From an uncultured Anaerolineaceae bacterium (GTDB lineage: Bacteria > Chloroflexota > Anaerolineae > Anaerolineales > UBA4823): 64,000 nucleotides of DNA. The notes under the pieces are model-generated. The model was not told the origin of the DNA. It did not search any database and saw only the letters and a program-made list of their open reading frames with translations. The stretch lies in assembly GCA_964416175.1 (NCBI GenBank), contig CAYQDF010000006.1:526-64525 (forward strand). Reading direction: 5' to 3'. The first letter of the stretch is position 1; each line of letters opens with the position of its first letter. The position numbers and the translations under genes are program-made. Positions 19,569-29,565 of the stretch are shown here, in pieces.

Positions 19569-20643
19569 TACGCTGGACAGCAAACTGCCGGTGGGGCGGC
19601 GCACCGCGGATGCCGCACCTGACCCCGGCTGGAGACCGCCTCTTCCGGTCCATCGCCCACGCCGCCTGCGGCTGACTCCGGAAATCCGGACCCTCGTGCG
19701 GGAGACGGAAGTCTCCCCGCGGGATTTGATCTATCCCCTCTTCGTGCGTCCCGGGAAAAACGTCCGGCAGGAGATCCGTTCAATGCCAGGGATCTTCCAG
19801 TGGTCTGTAGACCGCCTGCCGTACGAAGCCGAATCCATCGCCAGGTTGGGCCTGCCAGGGGTGATCCTGTTCGGGATCCCCCTTCAGAAGGACCCGATCG
19901 GCCTGGAGAATTTTGATCCAGAGGGTATCGTCCACCAGGCCATTCGAGCGATCAAGGCTGCCGTCCCGAAGCTGCTCGTGATCACAGACATCTGCCTGTG
20001 CGAATACACCGATCACGGTCACTGCGGCCTGTTGAACGCCAGCGGCGATTTGCTGCATCTTCACCTACCGGAGGGATACGTTCTCAACGATGAGACTCTG
20101 GAAGTGTTGGGGCGGACGGCCCGTTCGCATGCCGAGGCGGGCGCCGACATCGTCGCCCCGAGCGGCATGATCGACGGCATGGTGGCCGCGATCCGGTCTG
20201 CCCTCGATCAAGCCCGATTTGAGCACATACCGATCCTTTCTTATGCTGTTAAATATGCTTCGGCTTTCTACGGGCCTTTTCGTGAGGCAGCCGAGTCCCC
20301 CCCGAAGTTCGGCGACCGCCGGTCACACCAGATGGATCCCGCGAACGCGCGCGAAGCGCTGCGAGAGGTGGCGCTGGACGTGGCGGAGGGTGCAGACATC
20401 TTGATGGTCAAGCCAGCCCTGCCTTATCTGGATGTGCTCCACATGCTCAGGCAGGCATACCCGCAGCTGCCTCTGGCCGCGTACAGCGTCAGCGGCGAGT
20501 ACTCGATGATCAAAGCCGCTGCCGCGAACGGCTGGCTCGACGAGCGGACAGCGGTCCTGGAGGCGTTGACCGCCATCAAGAGGGCCGGCGCGGACTTCAT
20601 TCTGACCTACCACGCAAAAGAGGCAGCGGGATGGCTGGCGTGA
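19555..20643 (+). CDS. hemB: Porphobilinogen synthase (ALA dehydratase)
   Basis: 362 aa. RPRRLR..IR.LVRET, cysteine-rich Zn site [14 protein letters not shown], active-site Lys regions (MVKPA). Confidence 0.92.
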   Translation: MKLVDTLDSKLPVGRRTADAAPDPGWRPPLPVHRPRRLRLTPEIRTLVRETEVSPRDLIYPLFVRPGKNVRQEIRSMPGIFQWSVDRLPYEAESIARLGLPGVILFGIPLQKDPIGLENFDPEGIVHQAIRAIKAAVPKLLVITDICLCEYTDHGHCGLLNASGDLLHLHLPEGYVLNDETLEVLGRTARSHAEAGADIVAPSGMIDGMVAAIRSALDQARFEHIPILSYAVKYASAFYGPFREAAESPPKFGDRRSHQMDPANAREALREVALDVAEGADILMVKPALPYLDVLHMLRQAYPQLPLAAYSVSGEYSMIKAAAANGWLDERTAVLEALTAIKRAGADFILTYHAKEAAGWLA

Positions 20644-21836
20644 GTCCTGTTCCCCTCACCGGGCAGGCAGCTGCAGAAAGAAGCTACCACGACCAGCGCA
20701 TGCTCCAGGCCGATTTCACCCGCGCTCCTTTCACCATTGCCTGGGAAGTAACGCGGGCGTGCGCCTACGCCTGCAAGCACTGCCGGGCTGATGCCCAGCA
20801 TGTCCCCCACCCAGACGAGCTGACCACTGCTGAGGCCTTCGGACTGATCGACAACCTGGCTCGCTTCGGCAGCCCGATCCTGGTCTTCACCGGCGGCGAT
20901 CCCATGATGCGCCGGGACCTGTTCGACCTGATCGCGTACGCAGCCGGGCGGGGTCTGCGCTGCTCGCTGACGCCCACTGCCACCGCGCTGCCCACTCTGG
21001 CGCGTCTGGAGAAAGCCCGGGAAGCAGGCATCCGGCGGATTGCCCTCAGCCTGGATGCGCCATCGCCCGGCGCACATGATGAATTCCGCCAGGTCGAAGG
21101 TTCCTGGGAGCGCACGATGAAGATCTTGCACCGCGCGCAGGATGCCGGGCTGAGCGTGCAGGTCAACACCACCGTCACCCGCTTCAACGTGGATTCGCTG
21201 CCCGAGATGGTGCCATTTGTCAAAGCCGTGCAGGCAGTACAGTGGTCGGTGTTTTTCATGGTGCCCACCGGGCGCGCACAGGCGGCCTGGATGATCTCCC
21301 CTGAGGAGCACGAGCGCACGTTCCACTGGTTGTACGACCTGTCTCGGGAAGCGCCGTTCGATATTAAAGCAACTGCCGCGCCGATGTACCGCCGGGTGGC
21401 TATCCAGCGTCGGCGTACAGAGGCGGACGACGGTGAGGAAATCACCTTCCAGGGAGCCGGGTTTCAATTCGCCGACGGGCTTGACCGCCCAACGAAAGGG
21501 GTCAATGACGGCAATGGTTTCCTCTTCATCTCTCACCGCGGTGAGATCATGCCCTCGGGATTTCTTCCAGTCCCGGCTGGCAACGTGCGCACCGACGACG
21601 TGGTCCAGGTCTACCAGCAACACCCCCTGTTCCTGGATTTGCGGAATCCGGCAAAATTGAAAGGCCGCTGTGGCGTTTGCGAATACCGCGAGGTGTGCGG
21701 CGGGCAGCGCGGGCGCGCCTACGGTGTGACCGGGGATTACCTGGAGACCGACCCCGCCTGCCTCTACCAGCCCGAAGCTTATCGGAGGTCCGGACAGCCC
21801 ACCTCAGGTCTGCCGGGAGGAACTGCTTGGAAATGA
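20631..21836 (+). CDS. Radical SAM/SPASM enzyme, AhbC/AhbD/NirJ-like, embedded in the heme operon
   Basis: 401 aa. CAYACKHC (CxxxCxxC) cluster motif. [10 protein letters not shown]-terminal SPASM-type [18 protein letters not shown]. Overlaps the hemB stop, and its stop overlaps the hemE ATG (ATGA). Confidence 0.8.
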   Translation: MAGVSPVPLTGQAAAERSYHDQRMLQADFTRAPFTIAWEVTRACAYACKHCRADAQHVPHPDELTTAEAFGLIDNLARFGSPILVFTGGDPMMRRDLFDLIAYAAGRGLRCSLTPTATALPTLARLEKAREAGIRRIALSLDAPSPGAHDEFRQVEGSWERTMKILHRAQDAGLSVQVNTTVTRFNVDSLPEMVPFVKAVQAVQWSVFFMVPTGRAQAAWMISPEEHERTFHWLYDLSREAPFDIKATAAPMYRRVAIQRRRTEADDGEEITFQGAGFQFADGLDRPTKGVNDGNGFLFISHRGEIMPSGFLPVPAGNVRTDDVVQVYQQHPLFLDLRNPAKLKGRCGVCEYREVCGGQRGRAYGVTGDYLETDPACLYQPEAYRRSGQPTSGLPGGTAWK

Positions 21837-22921
21837 AGGCATCGCCGGCATTGTCTGTTCAGACAGGTTCGGTGGACGCGCCTCCCGAACCGCAGGGTCG
21901 ATTCCTGCGCGCCTGCCGACGCCTGCCTGTGGACGCCACGCCAGTCTGGTTTATGCGCCAGGCCGGGCGCTACCTGCCGGAATACCGCGCCATCCGTGCG
22001 CGCTTCAGCCTGCTGGAGATCACCCGGCGACCGGAGGTCACGGCGGAGGTCACCCTGCAACCCGTTGATATCCTTGGAGTGGATGCAGCGATCTTGTTCG
22101 CCGATATCCTGCTCCCGCTCATCCCGCTTGGGCTGGACCTGGAATTCGTTTCCGGCGAAGGTCCTGTGATTCGAAACCCTGTCCGCAGCGCCGAAGGTGT
22201 TGCCCGCCTGCGGGAGGTGGACGTCCAAAGCGATCTTGGGCACGTCTTTGAGGCGATCCGCCTGGTCAGGCGGGAGCTGGAGGGGCGCGGCATCCCGCTG
22301 ATCGGCTTTGCGGGCGCGCCTTTCACGGTGGCTTCCTACATCGTAGAGGGCGGCCCTTCGAAGGATTTCCTGCATACCAAGCGGCTGATGTACACCTCCC
22401 CGGAGACCTGGCACCATTTGATGGAGAAGATCTCCAGTACCCTGGCGGCCTACCTGCTCTCCCAGGCGCAGGCGGGAGCGCAGGCAGTGCAGGTTTTCGA
22501 TTCCTGGGTGGGTGCTCTCAGCCCCGGGGATTATGTCCGCTATGCGCAGCCTTATTCCAGGCGAGTCCTTGCCGCAGTCCAGGCTGCCAATGTGCCGGTG
22601 ATCCACTTCGGTACGGGGACGGCAACCCTGCTGCAATCGATGAAGGAGGCAGGCGGCACCGTGATCGGCCTCGACTGGCGCATCCCGCTCGACGCAGGCT
22701 GGCAGACCGTTGGTTATGACCTTGCCGTGCAGGGAAACCTCGACCCGGTCCTGCTGTTCTCTCCCATGACCCTGCTTGGGGAGCGGGTTAAAGAAGTGCT
22801 GTCTCTGGCGGAAGGCCGTCCAGGGCATATCTTTAACCTGGGGCATGGCATCCTTCCAGAAACGCCGGTCGAAAATGTCCGGGCAGTTGTGGATCTGGTG
22901 CACGAATGGAGCGCCCGGTGA
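21833..22921 (+). CDS. hemE: Uroporphyrinogen decarboxylase
   Basis: Start moved to ATG 21833 (MKASPAL...), in frame with track ORF 21677. PVWFMRQAGRYLPEY signature. Confidence 0.9.
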   Translation: MKASPALSVQTGSVDAPPEPQGRFLRACRRLPVDATPVWFMRQAGRYLPEYRAIRARFSLLEITRRPEVTAEVTLQPVDILGVDAAILFADILLPLIPLGLDLEFVSGEGPVIRNPVRSAEGVARLREVDVQSDLGHVFEAIRLVRRELEGRGIPLIGFAGAPFTVASYIVEGGPSKDFLHTKRLMYTSPETWHHLMEKISSTLAAYLLSQAQAGAQAVQVFDSWVGALSPGDYVRYAQPYSRRVLAAVQAANVPVIHFGTGTATLLQSMKEAGGTVIGLDWRIPLDAGWQTVGYDLAVQGNLDPVLLFSPMTLLGERVKEVLSLAEGRPGHIFNLGHGILPETPVENVRAVVDLVHEWSAR

Positions 22922-24336
22922 AGCGGCTGGTCGTCGTGGGCGGAGGGATCGCCGGGCTGGCGGCAGCGTATTACGCGAGTCGGCTGTTCACCGATCGCCG
23001 CCAGGTGACCCTTGTCGAGCGAGAAGATCGTTGGGGAGGCAAAATTCGCACCGATCGCGTGGACGGGTTTGTCCTGGAAGCCGGGCCTGATACTTTTATC
23101 GCAGCCAAACCTTGGGCGGTGGACCTTTGCCGCGAACTTGGCATCGGGGAACGGCTGCGTGGCACCAACCCCCACAAGAAAAATACCTATATCTTGCGCA
23201 GAGGCCAGCTGCATCCCCTGCCTGGCGGGCTGTCGATGATGATCCCGACCCGGTTCGGAGACCTGGTCCGCAGTGGTTTAATTTCCTGGCCGGGCAAACT
23301 GCGCATGGGGCTGGATGTTCTGCTGCCCCCTGCCAATTGGAGCAGCTCTGAAGACGATGAGAGTATTGGGGAATTCGTGACCCGCCGCCTGGGGAGAGAG
23401 GCCTACGAAGCGCTGATCGAGCCGCTGATGAGCGGGATCTATGCCGGAGACGGCGACAGCCTGAGCCTCCTTTCCACGTTCCCTTATTTACGGGAGCTGG
23501 AGGCCAGACATGGAAGCCTGGTCCGGGGAGCACTGGCTGCGCGTGCCCGGCAGCCGAAGAATGGAAAAGGCCCAGCCAGCGGATCACGCAGCCTTTTCCT
23601 GACGCCACTTTCAGGGCTTGGGGAGATCGTGGAGACTCTCGTGGAGGTGCTGGAAGAGAGGGAGACGGGCATGATCATCGGGAATGGAGCCAGGCATCTT
23701 GAGAGGGTAGAGGGCGGTTACCGCCTGGAGCTGGAGGATGGATCCTGTCTGGAGGCGGAGGCTGTGATCCTGGCGACGCCAGCTTACATTTCCGCGAACC
23801 TCCTGGCAGGGGTTGCCCCTGGTCTGGCGGGGGAGCTGCGCGCCATCGAGTATGCGACGACAGCCACGGTCTCTCTGGGATACGAGGAAAGCGACCTGCC
23901 CCGGCCGCTGGACGGCTACGGCTACGCCATTCCTCGCCGGGAAGGGAGGAAGGCGCTGGCCTGTACCTGGACTTCGACCAAGTTCCCGCACCGCGCCCCA
24001 GCAGGAAAAGCTTTGCTGAGGGTGTTTATCGGCCGCGCCGGACAGGAGGATATCGCCTGGGATGAGGCGAGCCTGGAAGAGATCGCCAGGGAGGAACTCC
24101 GTGAGACGCTCGGGATCACAGCCAGGCCGCTCCTCACCCGGGTAACTGTCTGGGAGCGGGCAATGCCGCAGTATACGCTCGGACACGCTGCTCGCCTGGA
24201 CCGGATCAATGCCGGGCTGGCCGGACTCCCTGGCCTGGCTCTGGCCGGGAACGGATACAGGGGGATCGGTATCCCGGACTGCATCCGTTCTGGCGCGCGG
24301 GCGGTCGAGCAGCTGACAGGAGTGACCATCGGATGA
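22906..24336 (+). CDS. hemY: Coproporphyrinogen/protoporphyrinogen oxidase, HemY (CgoX) type
   Basis: 476 aa. FAD dinucleotide motif [15 protein letters not shown]. The C-terminal [13 protein letters not shown] is typical of HemY. Confidence 0.85.
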   Translation: MERPVKRLVVVGGGIAGLAAAYYASRLFTDRRQVTLVEREDRWGGKIRTDRVDGFVLEAGPDTFIAAKPWAVDLCRELGIGERLRGTNPHKKNTYILRRGQLHPLPGGLSMMIPTRFGDLVRSGLISWPGKLRMGLDVLLPPANWSSSEDDESIGEFVTRRLGREAYEALIEPLMSGIYAGDGDSLSLLSTFPYLRELEARHGSLVRGALAARARQPKNGKGPASGSRSLFLTPLSGLGEIVETLVEVLEERETGMIIGNGARHLERVEGGYRLELEDGSCLEAEAVILATPAYISANLLAGVAPGLAGELRAIEYATTATVSLGYEESDLPRPLDGYGYAIPRREGRKALACTWTSTKFPHRAPAGKALLRVFIGRAGQEDIAWDEASLEEIAREELRETLGITARPLLTRVTVWERAMPQYTLGHAARLDRINAGLAGLPGLALAGNGYRGIGIPDCIRSGARAVEQLTGVTIG

Positions 24337-25616
24337 GGATCGAGAAATCCATCCAGCTCTTTGCGCAGGCTCGGCAGCTGCTTCCCGGCGGAGTCGATTC
24401 ACCGGTGCGAGCTTTTCGCGCTGTCGGGGGGCAACCCGTTTTCATCGAACGGGGCGCGGGGCCGTACCTGTATGACGTGGACGGCAACCGCTACATTGAT
24501 TATGTCCTTTCGTGGGGCCCTCTGATCCTGGGGCACGCGCATCCTGCTGTGGTCTCCGCCCTTAAAGAAGCCGTCGGGCGCGGGACGAGCTTCGGCGCGC
24601 CGAATCCGCTGGAGATCGAACTGGCGCGCTGGGTGCAATCCTTTATGCCCGGCATCGAGATGCTCCGCTTCGTTAACTCCGGCACCGAGGCCACGATGTC
24701 CGCCCTCCGGCTTGCGAGAGCGTTCACCCGGCGCGATAAGATCGTCAAGTTTGAAGGCTGCTACCACGGGCACGCGGATATGCTCCTGGTTCGGGCTGGT
24801 TCGGGCGTCGCCACGTTGGGGTTGCCCGACTCGCCCGGAGTGCCGGCGGCGACTGTCCAGGATACCCTTGTAGCGCGCTACAACGACCTCGAATCGGTCG
24901 AGCAGCTCTTTCGCCAGCATCCAGAGGAGATCGCGGCGGTGATCGTGGAACCAGTGGCTGGCAATATGGGAGTCGTGCCGCCCCTGGATGGCTTCCTGAA
25001 CGGTTTGCGTTCGCTCACCGCAGCACACGGCGCCCTGCTCGTCTTCGACGAAGTGATGACCGGATTCAGGGTCCATCCAGGCGGCGCTCAGGGGTTGTAC
25101 GGTATCCAGCCTGACCTGACCACTCTCGGAAAAGTGATCGGGGGCGGACTGCCGGTCGGCGCATACGGCGGGAGGCGGGAGATCATGGAGATGGTGGCGC
25201 CCGCGGGCCCTGTCTATCAGGCCGGTACGCTGTCCGGCAATCCCCTGGCGATGGCGGCGGGGATCGCGACGCTGGTAGAATTAGCCCGACCAGAAACCTG
25301 GATTCAGCTGGAGCGAACCAGCGAGCAGCTGGCAAATGGTTGCGCTCGAGCTGCCCGGGAGGTGGGCGTACCCGTGCGGCAGACGCGCGTCGGAACGATG
25401 TTCTCGCTGTTCTTCACGGAAGCGCCTGTTTATGACTGGCAGAGCGTCAAAGCCAGCGACATTGACCGGTTCGCACGATTCTTCCGGGCGATGCTGGCGC
25501 GCGGTATCTACCTGGCCCCCTCCCAGTTCGAAGCAGGGTTCGTCTCGACTGCCCACCGTCCGGAAGATATCCAGGATACGGTCGCAGCTGCGCTCGATGC
25601 GTTTAAGACACTCTAA
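24333..25616 (+). CDS. hemL: Glutamate-1-semialdehyde 2,1-aminomutase
   Basis: 427 aa. ATGA overlap with hemY. PLP lysine region [17 protein letters not shown]. Confidence 0.95.
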   Translation: MRIEKSIQLFAQARQLLPGGVDSPVRAFRAVGGQPVFIERGAGPYLYDVDGNRYIDYVLSWGPLILGHAHPAVVSALKEAVGRGTSFGAPNPLEIELARWVQSFMPGIEMLRFVNSGTEATMSALRLARAFTRRDKIVKFEGCYHGHADMLLVRAGSGVATLGLPDSPGVPAATVQDTLVARYNDLESVEQLFRQHPEEIAAVIVEPVAGNMGVVPPLDGFLNGLRSLTAAHGALLVFDEVMTGFRVHPGGAQGLYGIQPDLTTLGKVIGGGLPVGAYGGRREIMEMVAPAGPVYQAGTLSGNPLAMAAGIATLVELARPETWIQLERTSEQLANGCARAAREVGVPVRQTRVGTMFSLFFTEAPVYDWQSVKASDIDRFARFFRAMLARGIYLAPSQFEAGFVSTAHRPEDIQDTVAAALDAFKTL

Positions 25617-25690
25617 TACACAGGACGGCGAGGGGATTTTTGGATGTCCAACCCCCGCCAAGTGGGTGGTTTTCAAATAAACTCGAGAAG

Positions 25691-25726
25691 AAAAAACGGG
25701 CAGCAGTGCTGCCGCCCGTTTTATTT
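25691..25726. terminator. Bidirectional intrinsic terminator between hemL (+) and the malectin/SGNH gene (-)
   Basis: ACGGGCAGCA/TGCCGCCCGT stem (one mismatch) flanked by A6 upstream and TTTTATTT downstream. Confidence 0.75.
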
Positions 25727-25762
25727 ATTGTGAGCGGTTATACATCTCCTTGAGTAGACCCA

Positions 25763-28444
25763 TCAAGGATTTCCGCTGCTGGTGACTTCGAGGGCGGCGA
25801 GGGCGGCGCGCAGGGTGGCGGTGGTGAAGTCGATGTTGAGTTGTCCATCGGAGACGGCGACGACGAAAGTCTCGGCGATCGCAATGTTGGCGCCGCCCGC
25901 AGCGACGAAGATGTCGTAGTTGTCCAGGAGCAGGCTGCCTTCGATGGCCACGTCGAAGCGGCGCTGGCCGGGGGCGGAGACCTGGATCTCGGCGAAGTGC
26001 AGGGTGACGGCGTAATTGCCGGCGGGCAGGTTATCGAAGAGGTACGAGAAGGTGGTGTTGGAGCGCTGGACCTGGAAGAGGGGGTCGTCGGCGGTGCCGG
26101 CGATGGGGTTGGTGGTGGTGATGGGCTTGCCGGCGGTGTAACCGAAGCCGCCGGGGGAGTAGGCCTGGTCGGCGATGAAGAGGGCTCCGGAGGAAGCGGT
26201 GTAGGCCGCGCCGCCGGCATTGATCCGGTAGGCCACGGCAGGGGTATTAATTCCCTGGCCGGAAAGTGAGACAGAAAGGGAAGGCTCGTCCGGGTCATTG
26301 CTGTTGAGTTGCAGGCTGCCGCTGTAGGTGACCGCAGAGATCGGGGAGAAGCGCAGCGTGACGACCTGGTCAGCGCTGGGGGCGACGTCGAATGGGGTCG
26401 CCGGTGAGACAACTGTGAAAGCCGAGTCGGAGGATGTCAAGCTCGAGACAGTAAGCGTTTGGGCACCGAGATTGGAGATGGTCAGGGTGCGGTCGGTGGA
26501 AGAGCCGACCACCACCTGGCCAAAGTCCAGAGAAGTCGGGGTGATAGAAATGTCCGGCTCGTTTGCAGGCGGCTGGACGCCGTTACCTCGAAGCGACAAT
26601 TTATACGTGGGTTCATCGGGATCGTTGCTGGCGATCTGGAGACTGCCAGTCTGCGTTCCCGAGGCGGAAGGGGTGAACCGCACAGTAACGGGAACGCTGT
26701 TCCCCGGGGGGATCGTGAAGGGCGCCGCCGGGGATACGACCGTGAAAACGGGGTTGGTCGTGGACAGCCCTGAGACGTTCAGGTTGGCTCCGCCGACGTT
26801 AGAGATCGTGATGGTCCGTTCGCTGAATGTGCCCAAGTTCACATTACCGAAGTTTATGTTTGCGATGAACGTGGAGAGGGCATTCCTCCATACCACAGCC
26901 ATCTTAGAGTAGCCTGTGGCGTAAGGGTGGATGCTGTCCCAAAAATCTCCAGTCGGCTGCTTCTTATAGATGAGACCGGCCCCATTTTCCATGTCGACGA
27001 TGACGATCTGATCGCCATTGGCGATCCGGGTCTGCGCCATGGCTGCTACATTGTTGTTAAACTCAGTAGTTGTCGCGCTGTATTTCGTGCGGTTGATAAT
27101 GCGCGCCAGGACCACGGTGACCACGGTACCGGTGTTGCCTTCGAAGCGGTCGACCTCGTTGAGGATGTTTTCCACGTCAGTGGGGCTTGGGCTGAGGGAG
27201 TTGGTGCCGATGTGCAGCAGGACGGCGTCGGCAGGGTTGGCCATCAGCCAGTTATAGATGTTAGCTGCCACCTGGTCGTCCCGCCAGCCAGCGTGCCCTT
27301 CGTGATCGGGATCGAAGTCTCCGTAAAACTCGCCGTTGACCAGGCTGCCGACGAAGTCCACCTGGTGACCGGCGTTGACGAGGCTCCCCCACAGGTCACG
27401 CCGGTAGGAGATGTACTTTGTCGGATCGATCTCCCCCGAGTTGCTCCCGACCGTGATCGAATCGCCGACCGGCATGATGCGGATCAAAGAGGAGCTGGCG
27501 ATGTCCGGGACGTCTGCCGGCGGTTGGATGCCGTTGCCGGACAGGGGAACGCTCAAGGTCGGTTCGTCCGGGTCATCGCTGGCGATCTGCAGGTCGCCGT
27601 TCTGCGGACCGGTCGCGACTGGCGTGAAGCGGACCGTGACGGGGGTGCTGTTCCCGGGAGTAATGGTGAATGGGACAACCGGGGCGACGACCGAGAAGGC
27701 CGGGTTGGTGGTGGTCAGGGCGGAAACGTGCAGGTCGAGTGTTCCCTGGTTCGATACGGTCAGAATCAGATCGCTGGAGGAACCCAGGAACACGTCTCCG
27801 AAGTTGAGAGCGGCCGGGGAGGCGGCGATATCCGGAGCTGGCTCGGGCGTCCCGCTGCTGGTGACTTCGAGGGCGGCGAGAGCGGCACGCAGGGTGGCGG
27901 TGGTGAAGTCGATGTTGAGTTGTCCATCGGAGACGGCGACGACGAAAGTCTCGGCGATCGCAATGTTGGCGCCGCCCGCAGCGACGAAGATGTCGTAGTT
28001 GTCCAGGAGCAGGCTGCCTTCGATGGCCACGTCGAAGCGGCGCTGGCCGGGGGCGGAGACCTGGATCTCGGCGAAGTGCAGGGTGACGGCGTAATTGCCG
28101 GCGGGCAGGTTATCGAAGAGGTACGAGAAGGTGGTGTTGGAGCGCTGGACCTGGAAGAGGGGGTCGTCGGCGGTGCCGGCGATGGGGTTGGTGGTGGTGA
28201 TGGGCTTGCCGGCGGTGTAACCGAAGCCGCCGGGGGAGTAGGCCTGGTCGGCGATGAAGAGGGCTCCGGAGGAAGCGGTGTAGGCCGCGCCGCCGGCATT
28301 GATCCGGTAGGCCACGGCGGATTGCAGCTCATCAGGTGGGATGCCTTGAACCTCTTCGGAAGCTTCGGCCGGCGTGAACATTCCTAAGAACCCGGCGACA
28401 AGGAAAACGAGGCTCATTAAGTGCAGGATTTTTTTCGATTTCAT
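25763..28444 (-). CDS. Secreted multidomain protein: malectin - Ig-like - SGNH/GDSL hydrolase - 3x Ig-like - malectin
   Basis: 893 aa. Signal peptide MKSKKILHLMSLVFLVAGFLGMFTPAEA. SGNH blocks (MPVGDSITVG, LLHIGTNS, DSIHP). Four LNFG..L.VSN.G...L.VS.L...NP.F.VV repeats. Identical malectin-like modules at the N- and C-termini. Confidence 0.8.
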   Translation of the reverse strand: MKSKKILHLMSLVFLVAGFLGMFTPAEASEEVQGIPPDELQSAVAYRINAGGAAYTASSGALFIADQAYSPGGFGYTAGKPITTTNPIAGTADDPLFQVQRSNTTFSYLFDNLPAGNYAVTLHFAEIQVSAPGQRRFDVAIEGSLLLDNYDIFVAAGGANIAIAETFVVAVSDGQLNIDFTTATLRAALAALEVTSSGTPEPAPDIAASPAALNFGDVFLGSSSDLILTVSNQGTLDLHVSALTTTNPAFSVVAPVVPFTITPGNSTPVTVRFTPVATGPQNGDLQIASDDPDEPTLSVPLSGNGIQPPADVPDIASSSLIRIMPVGDSITVGSNSGEIDPTKYISYRRDLWGSLVNAGHQVDFVGSLVNGEFYGDFDPDHEGHAGWRDDQVAANIYNWLMANPADAVLLHIGTNSLSPSPTDVENILNEVDRFEGNTGTVVTVVLARIINRTKYSATTTEFNNNVAAMAQTRIANGDQIVIVDMENGAGLIYKKQPTGDFWDSIHPYATGYSKMAVVWRNALSTFIANINFGNVNLGTFSERTITISNVGGANLNVSGLSTTNPVFTVVSPAAPFTIPPGNSVPVTVRFTPSASGTQTGSLQIASNDPDEPTYKLSLRGNGVQPPANEPDISITPTSLDFGQVVVGSSTDRTLTISNLGAQTLTVSSLTSSDSAFTVVSPATPFDVAPSADQVVTLRFSPISAVTYSGSLQLNSNDPDEPSLSVSLSGQGINTPAVAYRINAGGAAYTASSGALFIADQAYSPGGFGYTAGKPITTTNPIAGTADDPLFQVQRSNTTFSYLFDNLPAGNYAVTLHFAEIQVSAPGQRRFDVAIEGSLLLDNYDIFVAAGGANIAIAETFVVAVSDGQLNIDFTTATLRAALAALEVTSSGNP
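25783..26249. repeat. Intragenic direct repeat, copy 1 (C-terminal malectin module)
   Basis: 467 bp, identical to 27852-28318 (offset 2069) apart from 2 mismatches near 25811-25818. Confidence 0.9.
27852..28318. repeat. Intragenic direct repeat, copy 2 (N-terminal malectin module)
   Basis: Partner of 25783-26249. Compared line by line. Confidence 0.9.
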
Positions 28445-28619
28445 CTCAATCTCTCGCTGTGCGATTGTAATCAGCCCCCTGGGATGGCTCCCTCAGCGTG
28501 CTGAATCGGCTCGGCCTCCGGGGAATTAAACGACCAATACCCCTGTCCGTTACAAGGATTATATACTGATTTGGATCTAATCTGGGTACTAGTTCGATAA
28601 CCATGGACAAGTGGCATGA

Positions 28620-28648
28620 TTGACAGCCGGTGGGTATCAGGCTATCAT
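28620..28648 (+). promoter_or_regulatory. Candidate sigma-70 promoter (TTGACA-N17-TATCAT)
   Basis: Consensus -35 and a good -10, about 60 nt upstream of the corrinoid protein ATG. Confidence 0.45.
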
Positions 28649-28707
28649 TTTGTCGAAATTCGCCCGGTGACTCCGGCGGGCATCAACCTGTTATAAAAGG
28701 AGGCGAG

Positions 28708-29355
28708 ATGTTGACAGGCGAATTATTGGACAAGATCAGGGACAGCCTCGTTGAGGGTGAGCCGGAGGCGACTGTCGCGCTGACAGCCCAGGCTCTCCAG
28801 GCTGGCCTGGAACCGATGACTATCATCAAAGAAGGGCTGGTGCCGGGGATGAATGTCGTGGGTGACAGGTTCGCCTGCGGCGAGTACTTTCTCCCTGAGC
28901 TGGTCATCGCCTCTGATGGGATGCAGCAGGCGATAGCGCTGCTCGAGCCAGAGCTGCTGGCTCGGAATCAAAAGCTGGAGGTGGCAGGGACGGTGGTCCT
29001 GGGCACAGTCAAAGGGGACATCCACGCCATCGGCAAGTCGCTGGTGGGGACTATGCTGACCGCCAACGGCTTCAAAGTCCACGACCTGGGAGTGGACGTG
29101 CCAGTGGAGCGATTCGTCGCCAAGGTGCAGGAGACCGGCGCCGAGATCCTGGGGCTCTCTGCCTTGCTGACCACGACCATGCTCCAGCAGAAGGCAGTGC
29201 TCGAAGCCCTGGAAGAGGCCGGGCTGCGGGAGAAAGTCAAGGTCATGGTCGGAGGCGCCCCGGTATCACGCGGCTGGGCGGAGGAAATCGGAGCGGATGG
29301 CTACGCCGAAGACGCCATGGGCGCTGTGCTGCTGGCGCAAGGGATGCTTGGTTAA
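28708..29355 (+). CDS. Cobalamin (B12)-binding corrinoid protein, methyltransferase-partner type
   Basis: Start moved to ATG 28708 after AAAGGAGG. N-terminal helical cap, then a Rossmann domain with the DxHxxG motif (GDIHAIGK). Confidence 0.8.
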   Translation: MLTGELLDKIRDSLVEGEPEATVALTAQALQAGLEPMTIIKEGLVPGMNVVGDRFACGEYFLPELVIASDGMQQAIALLEPELLARNQKLEVAGTVVLGTVKGDIHAIGKSLVGTMLTANGFKVHDLGVDVPVERFVAKVQETGAEILGLSALLTTTMLQQKAVLEALEEAGLREKVKVMVGGAPVSRGWAEEIGADGYAEDAMGAVLLAQGMLG

Positions 29356-29565
29356 TTCAACTTCGCAAAGAGTCCAGGCAGTCGGGAACAATAAAATACA
29401 GGAAAACCGTCTATTAATTTGTAATTAACCGGCTGGGCTGCGAAGGTGGACAAAAGTTTGTGCGCATCCTTCGACTGTGCTCCGGATGCTTCAAACCGAA
29501 AAGGGTCAGGTGAGCAGGAGTTCATCAGATGATAAGTTTACTCGATAGACTGAGGAGAGACGCCA

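Noticed and set aside
20607-21623. Long antisense ORFs opposite well-supported genes. Examples: 20607-21623(-), 21779-22903(-), 36823-38112(-), 46123-47070(-), 48290-49279(-), 62008-63132(-), 26927-28387(+), 38657-39625(-), 11442-12401(+).
   Set aside because: These are typical high-GC shadow ORFs. Their translations are Arg/Pro/Gly-rich and low-complexity, with no recognisable motifs. Each lies fully inside a gene with strong family signatures on the other strand.
28445-28707. Cobalamin riboswitch upstream of the corrinoid protein.
   Set aside because: I could not find a B12-box-like core (GCCACUG context) or the conserved GGUGCC/AAUAGGGAA-type elements. The predicted promoter leaves only a leader of about 55 nt.
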